Below are positions 12,707 through 26,329 of a stretch of 64,000 nucleotides of DNA, piece by piece; position 1 is the first letter of the stretch, and each line of letters opens with the position of its first letter. Origin of the DNA: Eledone cirrhosa. Taxonomy: Eukaryota. The stretch lies in NCBI GenBank assembly GCA_964016885.1, contig OZ024743.1, positions 224,378,001 through 224,442,000 on the forward strand, in the 5' to 3' direction. Both the position numbers and the translations under genes were made by a program. The notes beneath the pieces were generated by a model. That model ran no database searches. It was not told the origin of the DNA and worked only from the letters and a program-made list of their open reading frames with translations.

Positions 12707-13345
12707 TAAAACAGAAAACAAAAACAAAGTGAAGAGTGCAGTATAAAGCGTTAGTATTAGTTCACGCTTGAGGGTGGGGGACGACGTTTCGGGCATAAGC
12801 CCTTCATCAGGAGAAAAGTGGGCAGGAAAAGAGTTCCGATGGTATGAGGGGGAGTGGCGGAAAGACATTAAGGGGGGGGGGGGGGTTAAAAAAGGGTAAA
12901 ATAATTAAAATGAAACCAGTGGTGAAAAGGTTGGAGGCGTGTGTGTGTGGGGGGGGGGGGGGGTCCGAGCGGGGAGGGCAGAAGGTGGTGTGTGTATGTG
13001 TGGATGTGAGAGTTTGGGGAAGAACGAGGTTCCATGTTCAGGTAATAGGGAAACCGGTATGTAAGTCAGTGTGTGTGTGTGGATGGAGAGGGGTGGGAGG
13101 GGGTGGGGGAGAGCGTGCGTGCGGAGTCCGGAGGCCAAGTATGTGTATGTGAGGATACGCACGTGTGTATGTTTTTGTGTGGTGAGGATGTATGGTTGCG
13201 TGTGTGTGAAAATAGTGTAAGTGTTTGTGTGTGTTCCTGAATGTTTTCCTGCAGAGTATAGGAACGGATGTTGGAAATTCCGAGTATAGCAGGGTGGATG
13301 CCTGGAGCAGTGGACCAGTGGTGTAGAATCCTTGGTATGGTGTGG
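12690..13345 (-). mobile_element. Penelope-like element 3' remnant with hammerhead motif
   Basis: Frameshifted linker-like peptide IPRILHHW/LLQASTLLYSEFPTSVPILCRKTFRN, a CA-rich spacer, then CTGATGA-AGGGC-TTAT-GCCC-GAAAC-GTC at 12810-12783. Confidence 0.6.
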
Positions 13346-14586
13346 AGGAAGTAGAGAGTTGTGGGAAGCTCACGGTGGAGATGACAAAGGACCGCGACAA
13401 GTGGAGAGATGCTGTGCTGAATAGGACCCGCCCTACTCATACAAACAGAGAAAAGCGGATGTAAAATGATGATGATGATATATAAACCTTTTATATCATA
13501 TATTAATTGGCAGATAGAGTGGTATTTGTTCCAGCTCTCTGCTCTCTCAGTTCAAATCCCACCAAGGTCAACTTTGTCATTCATCCATTCAAGGTTGATA
13601 AAAAAAAAGTGCTTCTCTAGTCCCTGCGTCAATTATTCCTCTATATATTTTTCTTAATTCCTTTCTCTCACTCTGTATCCTTTTCTGGAAGAAATTTGCT
13701 GTATTCAGGCCTTAGAGAGGGGATGGACTCTGCCAGGTTTTAAAATGCCCTAGAAACACTATGTCAACCCTAAGACTCCTTCAGGAGTTACAGGTTATAT
13801 CATACATGGTTTATATTGTCCATAGGACCTTAACTCCTGATAGAGTCATAGGTGTACTATAGTGATATATGTGTCTTGGGTATTTAAACCCAAGGAAGCC
13901 ATCCCTCTCTAGGTCTGAGAACAGCCAATTTCTACTAGAGAAAGAGAGAGTAAGAAAAAGTTATAGAGGAAGAATCAATCCAAATACTGGACTGGTACTT
14001 TATTTATCGAGCTTGAAAAGATGAAAGGCAAAGTTAACCATGCCAGTATTTGAATTTAGATTGCAGAGAACTGTAACGAGCAATGCAAAGCATCCTATCC
14101 AATGCTCTAATGATTCTGTCAACTCACTGCGCATCATACTATTCTTATATTCAATATAATATTCTTTCTACATAGTTTTGTTCAAGGAAATGAATTTTCG
14201 AATGTATTTAATTTTATAGTCAGACAGCTGGAAATGTGTATGAACATATGCAGACTTTTGTTATCTGTTGTTTTTCTAGTTTCTTAAGCTTGGGATTATA
14301 TTGGAAATGTCTAGAAAACACCCATTACACCATATAAAAATTTGCATATTTCAGAATCACTATAGTTACAGTCATTCAAATGGTATTTGTAGACTGAATT
14401 TCATAAAATAAAATATACACCTGGAACAAAGGCAGGATGTGTACTGGTCAGAAGTAGACTGGGTCTTAAAACCAGCCTTGAGTGACATTGGCCAACTGAC
14501 TGCTGAATGTTAGAGATATGTTTTCACTATGATTAGGAGTGGCATTGCAACCAGCATGTTATCTGCAACAATTGCCCTGAAACAGT

Positions 14587-14797
14587 TTAACCCTTTAGCA
14601 TTTAAACTGGCCGTATCTGACCAGAATTCTCTCACCTCTTTCTGTTCAAACTGGCCATAACCAGCGGCTCATACTGATGTTTAGGTATTGTTCTCAAAAT
14701 GAATAATATCAAAATCTCATAGCTTTGATGTGAGATAAAGCCTTTACCCCAAAATTATCATAGTAAATATAGAGTAATGTAAATGCTAAAGGGTTAA
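14587..14797 (+). mobile_element. piggyBac-type MITE family A
   Basis: Perfect TIRs plus TTAA on both sides. Confidence 0.88.
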
Positions 14798-15560
14798 TGT
14801 AAAACATGAAAGTTGCAATGTCAGCTCTGAGACAAGGGAATGAAAGCTGTTTGATGGGTCCAAGTGGCAGAGGCAACAAAGTCACATTTTAGAGTTTGGT
14901 GCACCAGGATAGGTGCATGTTGCTCAATTCCAAACATATGTGAGCAGCTTTACAGTAACATTTACACAACTGTTTGGGGCAAGTGAGAGATGATGATGGT
15001 AGTGGGTTGTAGTTAATACCTAGATGGTCAACTGCGACTCCCAATGGAGGATGGTAGTGGACTGTAATTCCTACCTAGATGGCCAACTATGACTCCCAAT
15101 GGAGGATGGTAGAGGATGCAGAGTGCAGTGAAAAGCTGATAACAGCTGCTAAAATATGGATGGCTCTAGGTGGTTGTACGAGGCACAGATTGCTTAGTTT
15201 GGATGTTCTGCCATACAAGCTTTACGTACTTATGCTGCCAAACTTGTTTGGCGTTGTCTTGGCAGCTGTCTTCTGCAACTGGCTGTGTGGTTAAGAATTG
15301 AAATTTGCAACCAAATGGTCTCATGCCCAAGAATCAAAAGAAAGAAAAATAAGGAAATGATCACAAATTCTATTGATTCAGAATTTTATATTCAACTAGA
15401 CCACCCATGACCCATTGGGTCACGTTCATTTCAAAATTTTTTTAAAAATCATGTTCACTTAAAAATAATTTTTAAATAATTAAAATATACATAGACATAT
15501 ATCTAATGTGAAATGAAACTGGAAGGCCTATATATATACGTGTGTGTGTGTATATATATA

Positions 15561-16243
15561 TCATCATCATCACCGTTTTACGTCCGTTCTTCCACGCTAG
15601 CATGGGTTAGATGGGTTGTCCTGTTGTGGGCAGTGTCTGGTCGGCTGACCATGCCTTGCTCATACAGGAACTGATTTGGCTTGATTTCTACAGCTGGATG
15701 CCCTTCCTAACACCAACCTCATTTACAGTGAGTGCTGGATGCTTTTTCGTGGCGCCTACACGTCCACTTTACAGTGTGGGCTGGGTGCTTTTTTGCCGTG
15801 GCACCTCCACGACCACCTTGCGGTGGGGGGTGTGGGGGCATATTGTCTATATGCTTCAGCTTGTACCCATGGGAGGTCGGGTACTCTGTATTACTGCGTG
15901 ACGCCAGAAGTCACGGTCGTGTGCCATTGTCTTTGAGAGGTGTAATTGGGTAAGGTCGGCTTTTATCACCTCATCCCAGGTCATCTTGGGTCTCTCCACT
16001 CCGCGGTTTCCATCAACTTCTAGTGCTCTGCCCCTTTTTATGCAGCTGTCATCCTTCATACGCATCACATGTCCATACCAGCGCAACCGCCTCTCCTGCA
16101 CACAGCATTTGATTCCTCTTATGCTCAGTCTCTCTCTCAATTCATTTATGCTTTGTCGTTCACGTATATTACTGTTACACATCCATCGGAGCATGCAGGC
16201 TTCGTTTCTCTCTAATCTCCGTAAGTCTTCCACCTTCAGCGCC
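15561..16243 (-). mobile_element. RTE LINE 3' fragment with 3' UTR and (TGA)n tail
   Basis: LRRLERNEACMLRWMC...RRLRWYGHVMRM. Confidence 0.92.
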
Positions 16244-16898
16244 CAGCAAATTTACGAAGGTATCTTAACTCTTATGACGTTATTATTATTAATATTACTG
16301 CTGTTTTCTGCTGTGTATTACTTCGGATTTACCCTGTTTTTCTGTCGTATTATTTCGGATTTACCATGCGGTCTTGAAGGCGACCCTCAGTGCCCCCCCC
16401 CCTCTCTCTCTATATCTCTCTCTATGCTGGCTATATATATATATATATATAGGTGTCTGTGATCTATATACACTGGTCACACACACACACATATATATAT
16501 ACACAACACCACCACCAGCTCTCTCTCTTTCATTCTCCTTCTCCTCTCCCTCTCTCTATGTATCTCTCTCACAACCTCTACCTCTTTTTCTCTATCCTTC
16601 TCTCTCTCAGTTTATGAAGGTACCAAGAAAACCCCATATCTTGGGAACCCGTGCTTCGATCTACGTGAAACTTGTTTTATTCCATTTCAGGGGCAACTTC
16701 CTTTCAAAGTATTTTCCCATTATGCACCCTTTTGGTTGTATTACATTGCAGACAAGCAAGCAAGCAATCACAGAATTTTAGTAATATATAGATAGATAGA
16801 TTGTATATATCTAAAAACAGGGAGAAAAAGGAAAAAAATTAGGGAATGAGGAGGTAAAAACTATGCTGTTGACTAGACAAATTAGCTACACTCCATGT

Positions 16899-17170
16899 CT
16901 AAGTCTAAAGTCTGTCTTAAGCCAGAAGGCTCGTTAGGCCGGTGCTTGTCCCGTTTTCATGGCGTGAAGTGACAGAGTACAAGACTAAGGACACCAGTAC
17001 ATCGCTGGGTTAAAACCCCAGCTATTCCTGGCACTCATTTTTAGCTGAGTATACTGGAGCAACGTGAAATGAAGTGTTTTGCTTAAGAACACAACACACA
17101 ACCCAGGAATCGAACCCACAACATTATGATCGCAAGTCCAACACCCTTACAACTAGGCCACATGCCGCCA
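16899..17170 (-). mobile_element. SINE family 3 (tRNA head, different tail)
   Basis: Minus strand has TGGCCTAGTTG...GGTTCGATTCC boxes and an (ACTTAG)-like tail; 12-bp target duplication TACACTCCATGT at 16887 and 17171. Confidence 0.85.
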
Positions 17171-19168
17171 TACACTCCATGTAGAGGATGGCAAATGCAT
17201 TGTTGTGGATAAATCAGCAATATCCACTGCATCAACCATGGGGGCTCCTTCCTCAGGCAAGATATCTTCCTCCTGACTTATTGGAGGCAAATGGCAGTCC
17301 AGGGACTGGGGACACTAGAGGTTTCAATGGTAACCAATACAGAAAGGAAATGGTCAGTCAGTGCCCAGTATTTAGTTGTCACCCACTTCTCTGCATTATG
17401 ACTGGTGGTGCCTGGGTTTGTGGTCAAAGCAATAGGGTTAGCACTAGAGAAAGAGTTTCAATATTTGGCCAGGAAAAGAGTTATCCTATCTGGTTGCCAA
17501 GAGAGTGGGTGTTGTCCAAACTCGTCGATAGTGGCTCCATAATGGCATTTGTGCGACACATACACATAGAGATCAAGGGCTACTCTGATGCAAATGCATT
17601 CATTATCAAGAGTACCGGTTGATGAAGTGGACACCAAATTGAGCCACATGCCTCTATCTAGATGCAAAGCAACCCAGTGGCAAGCAAGAGGGTGGTGGAT
17701 ATGATGTACGTGTGAGCTATTGACATATTCTGTGAGCTGCAGACTGTTTTAAATTTTTATATGCAGGACATATGTTATACATGTGAGGCAACAGGTATAA
17801 ATAAAAAAAGAAATGGTTGTTTACCACTGCATTATAGCATATAGTAACAGTACTGCTATAATGTAGCTACAATTTCATCACTGCAGAACCTTTGTAGACA
17901 AGATGGCTAAGCATGACTATAAGTTCAATCTCATCAGACTTGTGACATTGACTACAAAGAAGATTGGCATCAAGGTTAATATCTAAATTGACAAGTAGCA
18001 GCAATGTTGCTCATTCCACTACTACCACCAAAAACAACATCAATACCACCAAAAACAACATCAATACCACCACCACCATCATCATAACTGACCACAATAG
18101 CAAACCATCAGATATTATATAAAAACACTTGTTTTGGTACTGCTAAACTGAGATAAGCTAAATATATGTCACAGGAAATATATGTATATTTATAACTGAA
18201 TGGGTAATCAATACACAGAGAGAGAGGGAGGGGAGGGTTTAAAATGAAAATATTACTTTAACTTCCATCTACAACTAAATTTCTTTTTGATAATTTGAAT
18301 TAAAAAAATTAACTTTTATAAATTAATCTAACACAAAAATATTCCTGCATAAATAATACATTCTTACACTGACATTCTTACTCATACGTACATTCTTTTT
18401 CTCTTTTAGTTCCTTATACATTCTCACACATACATATATGTATTTTTATTCAACTTTAATCAACTTTCCCCTCCCCTTCAAATTAATGGCCTTGTGCCTA
18501 AAGTAGAAACAATTATTTAGGTCTTTTTTCTCCCCATGAAGCATTGGGCAACCAGAGATCTCCATTCCCCACAGTTGCAAGCCTTGCTTTGGGCCTGTTC
18601 CCTAGTCAGGTATCTGCTCGTCATTTCTGCAGCAATTTTTATTGATGGAGATAAGGCTGCTATCCTCATGCTTCATCTCTCCTGACTATCTCAACACAGG
18701 CTGAAAACTAACCAATCATACTGTCAACTGGAGTCAGTGGAACCTAGGACTCAAATCAGTTCACTTGATTTTGAAAGGAATATTAGTTAATGCTATGTAT
18801 TGAAATAATGTTTCTTTGAATCATTTCACTATACTTTCAAAGACACAGTTGGTAACAGTATGTCCAATTGAGCTATAATGTTTCTTTAAATCTTGATTAA
18901 TGGAATGCCAAGTATTGAAATAACATTTCTTCAAATCACTTTACTCTATTTTCATAGCAACAGTAATGTCCAATATTGAAATAAAGTTTCTTTAACTCTT
19001 TAGCATTTACATTACTCTATATTTACTATTATATTTTATTGGTAGTGGCTTTACCTCACATAATATCGAATCTATGAGATTTTTATATTATTTATTTTAA
19101 GAATAATACCTTAACATCAGTATGAGCAGTTAAATTGTTTAAATATTTTTGAAATAATGTATACATAT

Positions 19169-19510
19169 GGAGGCACATGGCTTAGTGGTTAGAGTATTGG
19201 CTTGCAATCGAAAGGTTGTGAGTTCAATTCTCAGACCGGGTGATGTGTTGTTTCCTTGAGCAAGACACTTTATTTCACATTGCTCCAGTTTACTCAGCTG
19301 TAGAAATGAGATGATAGGGACTGGGGTCCCTATCATTCCACTGCAAAGTGGTTGTGGAGGTGCCACGGCAAAAAAGCACCCAGCACTCACTGTAAATGAG
19401 GTTGGTGTTAGGAAGAGCATCCAGCTGTAGAAATCAAGCCAAAATCAGTTCCCGTCCCACCCTTGCAAGCAGGGAAAAAGCGGACGTAAAATGAAATGAT
19501 GAATGATGAT
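19169..19510 (+). mobile_element. SINE family 1 (tRNA-derived head, RTE-type 3' tail)
   Basis: A box TGGCTTAGTGG, B box GAGTTCAATTC; 3' end CCCGTCCCACCCTTGCAAGCAGGGAAAAAGCGGACGTAAAATGA is shared with the RTE at 23547-23599. Confidence 0.92.
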
Positions 19511-20436
19511 ACATTGTATTATCAACCCATACAAAGACATTCTCGGTGTAAATATTGTATGTACACATAAACACATTGAAAAATTAAATTTGCAGCTCAC
19601 ACCTATGTATGATTAAGCTGGCCTCCTATGAAGTTGCTTCTCAGATTTTTTTAAATGTTTTAATGGTATGGACCCTAGTCATATGACATGAAATTAAGTA
19701 CCTTGCTCAAGAACACAATGTGCCACTTGAACCAAGAATTGAACCACAACTTTATAATCATTATCGTGAGTCCAATACGCTAACCACTAGGCCATGTGAC
19801 TGCACTAATGTGTTCCTTGATGTACAAAAAGGTGAGATAGCAACAGCTTGAACACCTTCTTCACCATAGGTTACTTAAGCAAGGCTGACTTAGAAAAACA
19901 TTGAGAAACAGTGCCAGTAGGGGAAGTGGGTAATGTGCTGGTGGACAGTGTAGCAGGTAACCCCTTTGATACCAAACTGCTCGAAATCAAAATTGTGGTT
20001 CTGTTTCTATGATACAAAACTGTTGATTTTCAAATATTTATATTTATCTAAAAACATTCCATAATAATTTTATGTAAAACCCCTTGTTATGTTCTAACTT
20101 AATGATGAGAAAGGCAGTTACATTACAAAATCCATTCAAATTCATATTTTCAAAATGATTTGAAAATAACAGGTAGTGTCTTTCATAAGAAATATGAGCA
20201 CTTGCATGATGACAACAACAACAATAACAGTAATGATGACAAACTAAAAAGGAATAGATGAAACTTAATTCTAGCCATCCTAAACTGCTGCATTAATATA
20301 CAAACAGATGGATTCAAGAGTTATCAAGGCTTATATTCCCTAAAATTAATACATTTTCAGAGATGCCATTCACATGAAAATGAGAATTATTTTTTCTAAA
20401 TGTGTCTTTCGTTAAACCCTAGCACACTGCCTATGA

Positions 20437-20680
20437 TCTACTAATATATAATAGCCTTGTGTATTTGTCTGTCACACACTAGAGATAACTGAAGGGGTGA
20501 TTACATTGACTGAGGAAGGAGGGGTTTGATAACTTCGACTGAGGAAGGAAGGGGTGCATTTGTGTGTTTATATCACTTGTGTGAGTGAGCACAAAGGAAC
20601 CAACAAACACACATCTCTTTTTTATATCATGTATAGATATTTCAATTAGCCGTCATTTTTGATGGCATGGGGTCAGCTAG
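20437..20680 (+). mobile_element. Non-autonomous Helitron
   Basis: A|TC...CTAG|T ends, subterminal hairpin GCCGTCA-TTTT-TGATGGC, no target duplication. Confidence 0.7.
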
Positions 20681-21632
20681 TTTTAAAATAATTTTGAAAA
20701 TAATCAAAAATTTGAAGTGATTTAGTAATATAATTAACTTTCGCATTATTGAGATGGTGTTTGGAGCATGATTTAACAAAGGTCCTTATATAAAATTATG
20801 ATGGAAGCTTTTCAGATAAATATAAACACTGTAGTATTGTACAACCAGGGCAGTTTCAGGCAGTTTGGTAACTAATGGGTTAATGACTACAAAAGAAACA
20901 GCTGAAGTATATTGAGATGTGGTCATGTAGTTTTCCTTGCAACAACATGGTTCTTCGTTCATTCTTATTTCATTAGACAAATGTCTGCTACTGTGTTCTT
21001 TGCTTGACTAATTCCTGTCTCAATACTGAGTGAGTTAATATCACTGATGACAGATAAAAATCCAGAAACACATGCCTGACATTCTCACCAGCTACTGAGA
21101 TACTTGTGACCACAGTTTAAAATATTCATAGTGACACATATTGTGTGTGCCTGCATGTACATCTCTCTATTATGAACCATCCTATCTATATTAATGCTAC
21201 TGTTAATTAATCCTAGCCAGTCAAGTTTGCACTATATATTTTAGCTTATTCCTGTCTCAGTACCAAGCGAATACATCTTACCTACGACAGATAATCTAAA
21301 ATACATGTTTGATACTCTTATAGGTTACTGTGATAGCTTAAAATCACAGCTTAAAATATTCATAAAAAGGCTCATGTGTGGTTACTATACATAAACATAT
21401 ATCATGAACCATGCTATGTCAGTGCTACAGCTTATATATGTATAATATAAGAAAAACTGTAAAAACTACAAGAACAACACATTATAATCATAGTATATTA
21501 ATATAATGCTTAAAAGAAGTTAGAAAGAATGTTAACGTTTTGGATGCTAGCTCTTCATGGAAGTAGATACAGAAGGAAAAGATGTTTAGATAAGAAGGAA
21601 AAAAGAGAAAGAGAAGGATGGATATATATATA

Positions 21633-21990
21633 TCATCATTTTCATCATCATCATCATCATCATCATTTTACGTCCGCTTTTTCCCTGCTTGCAAGGGTGG
21701 GACGGGAACTGATTCTGGCTTGATTTCTACAGCTGGATGCCCTTCCTAACACCCAACCTCATTTACAGTGAGTGCTGGGTGCTTTTTTGCCGTGGCACCC
21801 CCACGACCACTTTGCAGTGGAATGATATGGACCCCAGTCCCTCTCATCTCATTTCTACAGCTGAGTAAACTGGAGCAATGTGAAATAAAGTGTCTTGCTC
21901 AAGGAAACAACACATCACCCAGTCTGAGAATTGAACTCACAACCTTTCGATTGCAAGGCCAATGCTCTAACCACTAAGCCATGTGCCTCC
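21633..21990 (-). mobile_element. SINE family 1
   Basis: Full-length reverse copy with (CAT)n tail. Confidence 0.92.
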
Positions 21991-22038
21991 CTATAGATAT
22001 ATATATAGATATACAGATAGATAGATAGATAAATAAAC

Positions 22039-23599
22039 TGGTTGCACGCATCATCAATCAGGCTATATATGGTGGTGTCATACTCAAAGACTGGTGCAGC
22101 AGTATTCTCATAAATTGCTACAAAGGTAAAGGAGATGCTCTGGAGAGGAGCAATTATAGGGGTATAAAACTGATGGATCAGGTTATGAAAGTGGCAGAAA
22201 GGATATTAGCACAACTAATTAGAGAAGGGGTCAAACTAGATGAGATGCAGTTTGGTTTTGTGCCTGGGAAGAGTACAACAGATGCCCTCTTCTTGGTGAG
22301 ACAATTGCAAGAGAGGTTCTTAGAGAAGAATAAGCCACTATACTTAGCCTTTGTTGACCTAGAGAAGGCTTTCGATAGGGTACCCCGATCTGTCATCTGG
22401 TGGTCCCTAAGGAAACTAGGTGTTGAGAAATGGCTTGTGAGGACAGTGCAAACTTTGTAGAGGTACTGTCAGTAAAGTCAGGGTAGGAATGGAGTTTAGT
22501 GAGGAATTCCAGATACAAGTAGGATACATCAAGGTTTGGTCCTCAGCCCGCTCTTGTTCATTATAGTCCTCCAAGCCATAACAGAGGAGTTTAAGACTGG
22601 CTGTCCATGGGAACTTCTCTATGCTGACGATCTGGTTCTTATAGCAGAATAAATAGAGGAGCTAGAGAATAAATTCTGGCTATGGAAACAGCAGTTGGAA
22701 GCAAGAGGACTGAGAGTGAACCTAGCAAAGACTAAAGTGTTGATGAGTAGAAAAGAGGACAAAACTCTGATTCCGTCAGGGAAATGGCCATGTTCGATGT
22801 GCAGAAAAGGAACTGGCATAAATTCTCTAAAATGCACACAATGCAGATCCTGGGTACACAAGAGATGTAGCGGGATAGCAGGCAAACTAACAGGTAGGGA
22901 GAAATATGTATGCAGTAGATGTACAGGGAAATTAGACAGTAGAAGTCGCATTGATAGACACATTTTTCAAATGCAGGCGGGTGCTATAGAAGTGGTGGAT
23001 AGCTTCCGGTACCTAGGAGATCAGATTAGCATGGGAGGGGAGTGTTCCGAGGCCATAGTATCTATAATAAGGACGGTTTGGAGGCAGTTTAGGGAGCTGC
23101 TTCCTCTGCTGATGAAGAAGGGTTTCTCCCTGCATACGAAAGGCCGGTTATATGAAGCCTGTGTGAAGAGCACGATGCTGCATGGTAGTGAGACATGGGC
23201 AGCAACTGCAGAGGATATGCGACGGCTGGAGAGAAATGAGGCAAGCATGCTCCGTTGGATGTGCAGTGTAAATGTGCGTGAACGATCCAGCATGAATGTG
23301 TTGAGAGAGAAACTGTGTCTGAGAGGGATAGAATGTAGTGTACGGGAGAGGAGACTGAGGTGGTATGCACATGTGATGCACATGGGTGGAAGAAGTGCCA
23401 GGAAATGCCAGTTGAAGGAAGACGTGGTAGAGGTAGACCACGAAAAACATGGGCGGAGGTGGTGAGAACAGACCTCAGATCGCTGAAGCTCACGGTGGAG
23501 ATGACGAAGGACCGTGACGAGTGGAGAGATGCTGTGCTGAATAAGACCCGTCCCACCCTTGCAAGCAGGGAAGAGCGGATGTAAAATGATGATGATGAT
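22039..23599 (+). mobile_element. 5'-truncated RTE-clade LINE pseudogene (RT, PHD-like finger, C-terminus, (TGA)n tail)
   Basis: NYRGIKL, QFGFVPGKSTTDA, FVDLEKAFDRV, LYADDL, CSMC..CTQC..WVHKRC..CSRC, RRLRWY; premature stops at ~22458 and ~22650. Confidence 0.96.
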
Positions 23600-23601
23600 A
23601 C

Positions 23602-23727
<126 letters not shown>

Positions 23728-24137
23728 AGAAAAAATTATGTAGTTATTTGTCAGTTCATGAATACATGTTGATCTGTGTTTATGTTTATAGTGGTTGACC
23801 AGTAGTGCTTATGTTGTGTCTCATTGTGTCCCATAACTTAATAGTTTATCAAACAGAAATCAATAAAATATAAAACAAGTACCAGACTGGAAGTACTGGA
23901 GCCAAAATGATTCACTAAAATCCTTGAAGACAATGCCCAAGCATGATTATAGTATAATGACTGAAACTATTGAAAGAATATAATGATGTGTTTTTAATCC
24001 TTTTATTACCCTATTTCTAATGAAAGACACAAATTATTTTGAAAATAAGGATTATAAAGGATTTATATATCTAACTTTCACAAAATTAAGTTGGTTTTTG
24101 GAATATATCTTAAAGCTATTTATATATGTGTTTTACT

Positions 24138-24348
24138 TTAACCCTTAGCATTCAAACCAGCTGTATCCAGCCAGAATTCTCTCACCTCTTTCTGTTCAAA
24201 CCTGCTGTAACTTGCTACTCATAGTGATGTTAAGGTATTGTTCTCAAAATAATATCAAAATCTCATAGATTCGATATTATGTGACAAAGCCTTTACTGTG
24301 AAAATACAATAGTATATATATAGAGTAATGTAAATGCTAAAGGGTTAA
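24138..24348 (+). mobile_element. piggyBac-type MITE family A
   Basis: TTAA-flanked, with the same TIRs and internal sequence. Confidence 0.85.
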
Positions 24349-24669
24349 AATAAATAGCTTTATATCATCAAACTATAGGATGTTTTAGGCAGTTGAGTGT
24401 ATTCAATCTAGTTTTCCTGCTTTCTGTTGACAACAATTAAAAACACTAACATAAAGGAAACCACTGACAAGCCTTTGTGGTGCAACAACCGTTAAGACAT
24501 TTGCCCAGTCAGAGAGATGTCATTTAATTCTAGTCAAGCTTCCTCTTTTATTTTTATTTTTAGAAATATTTATTGTACTTGTTTAACTGAAGCCTTTACA
24601 TGAAAGACAGCCACATAACAATGCAGATTGATTCATTGAATAGTTTTGGATTCCTAAGCTATAATCATG

Positions 24670-25121
24670 ATGTGATGTGTGATGTTGAATGGTAGTGAAA
24701 CATGGGTAGTGAATGCAGAGGATATGTGAAGGCTGGAGAGAAATGAAGCAAGCATGCTTCGATGGATGTGCAATGCTAATGTACAGGAATGACAAAACAT
24801 GGATGAATTGAGAGATAAACTGGGTATAAGAGGAATTAGGAGTAGTGCGCAAGAGAAAAGACTCCACTGGTATGGACATGTGATGCGCATGGATGATGAT
24901 TGCTAAGTGAAGAAGTACCAGGAAATCTTAGTGGAGAGAAGCCACAGTAAAAAAAAGACCAAAGAAGACCTGGACAGAGGTGCTGAGAGCTGATCTGAAA
25001 AGACTGAGGCACATAGAGGAGATGATGAAGGAACGCGAAGGGTGGAGAAATGGTGTGCTAAAAACAACCCATCCAACCCATGCAAGCATGGAAAAGCAGA
25101 CGTGAAATGATGATGATGATG
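24670..25121 (+). mobile_element. Decayed RTE 3' fragment
   Basis: GSETW...LERNEASMLRWMC remnants and a (TGA)n tail. Confidence 0.85.
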
Positions 25122-26016
25122 GATTGTAATTAGTAACCAAGAAAACAACTGCCAAACAGCAGAGAAAATTTATTCACATCATCCTCATCATTTCACGTTT
25201 GTCCATGCTGGCATAGATGGGAGGAGTTGGCACATACCACATCAGTACTTAATCAAAGCCAGTCCTCCCAGACAGACCAGGGGAGGAAGTCAACATCTCA
25301 CTTACATATGTTCTAGTTTTGACGTGGTTTCTATAATGGGAGCAAAATACAAAGGTACATAACTTTACAATGCAAAGTTCTATTTTCTATAAGCCATAAC
25401 ACTGAGTATATATATACTAAAGCTGCTATCACACACACACGCACATATAAAAGTACAACATTAATTTCTGGCACCTTTGATTCAAGACCTGTGCCAAATT
25501 ATCCCTTTTACTGAACTAACAGGATCCATCTATGTAACAATTCAGGGTGAATTTTTAGGAGACTGCTGCAATGTTTATTACCATATTTCTAATGAAACAT
25601 ACAGACAATATGTTTCATTTAATTTTGAAAATGAGAAAGAAAGGAAAAAAAGAAATAACATTTAAAAATTAAGGAATGGGAAAGGGGTGTGGGTGGCAGA
25701 CTCTACACCCCTGTCTAGGTCATAATCTTATTTGCCCTCTGTGCACAAAATGGTTAAGGTATTGCTGTGGAGAACAGCCAGTGACACATGTTGCATCAAC
25801 CACTCTGCCTGAAGGGGGCTCCTTCTTCAGGTGTTTACCCAGATTTTGCAGAGAAAAATGGCAATTTGGAGACCAAAGAACCCAGAAGACTCAATGGCAA
25901 CTGGCACAAAAAAGAAGCAATTGGTCAAGTCCTGGTATTTGGGTATCCTCCATGGAAAATTATAAAAAATCTGGGGGAATTCAGTACAATAACTTTTTCA
26001 TTATTAAGCAGTTAAT

Positions 26017-26329
26017 TAAGCAGAGGGCGGTGGATTAGCAGTATAAGTAGAGGGTTGGACGCCATGCTTTCTAGCATAGTTACGTCCCTTTATGTTTATT
26101 ACCTGTAATGCACTAGGTAATTGCTGGCCTTGTGCCAAAAGTAGAAACAATTATTAAGCAGTTAATGCCTTATGATATTTTATGTTCTGAGTTCAAATCT
26201 CACTGAAGTCAACTTTGCCTTTAAGCCTTCTTGATGTCAATAAAATAAAGTACCAGTCAAATACTGAGATTGATTTAATCAATTTCCCTTTCTACCAATC
26301 TTGCTGGCCTTGTGGCTAAATTAGAATTC
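26017..26329 (+). mobile_element. Two tandem SINE family 2 insertions at one target site
   Basis: ATTATTAAGCAGTTA occurs at 26000, 26150 and 26330, separated by two SINE bodies. Confidence 0.8.

Noticed and set aside
19169-19245. tRNA-like sequences at SINE heads
   Set aside because: They have A/B boxes but continue into SINE bodies and tails; not tRNA genes.
9975-21430. Small old tandem duplications (9975-10260, 14998-15110, 18790-18990, 21000-21430)
   Set aside because: Diverged two- to four-copy local duplications with no further signal.
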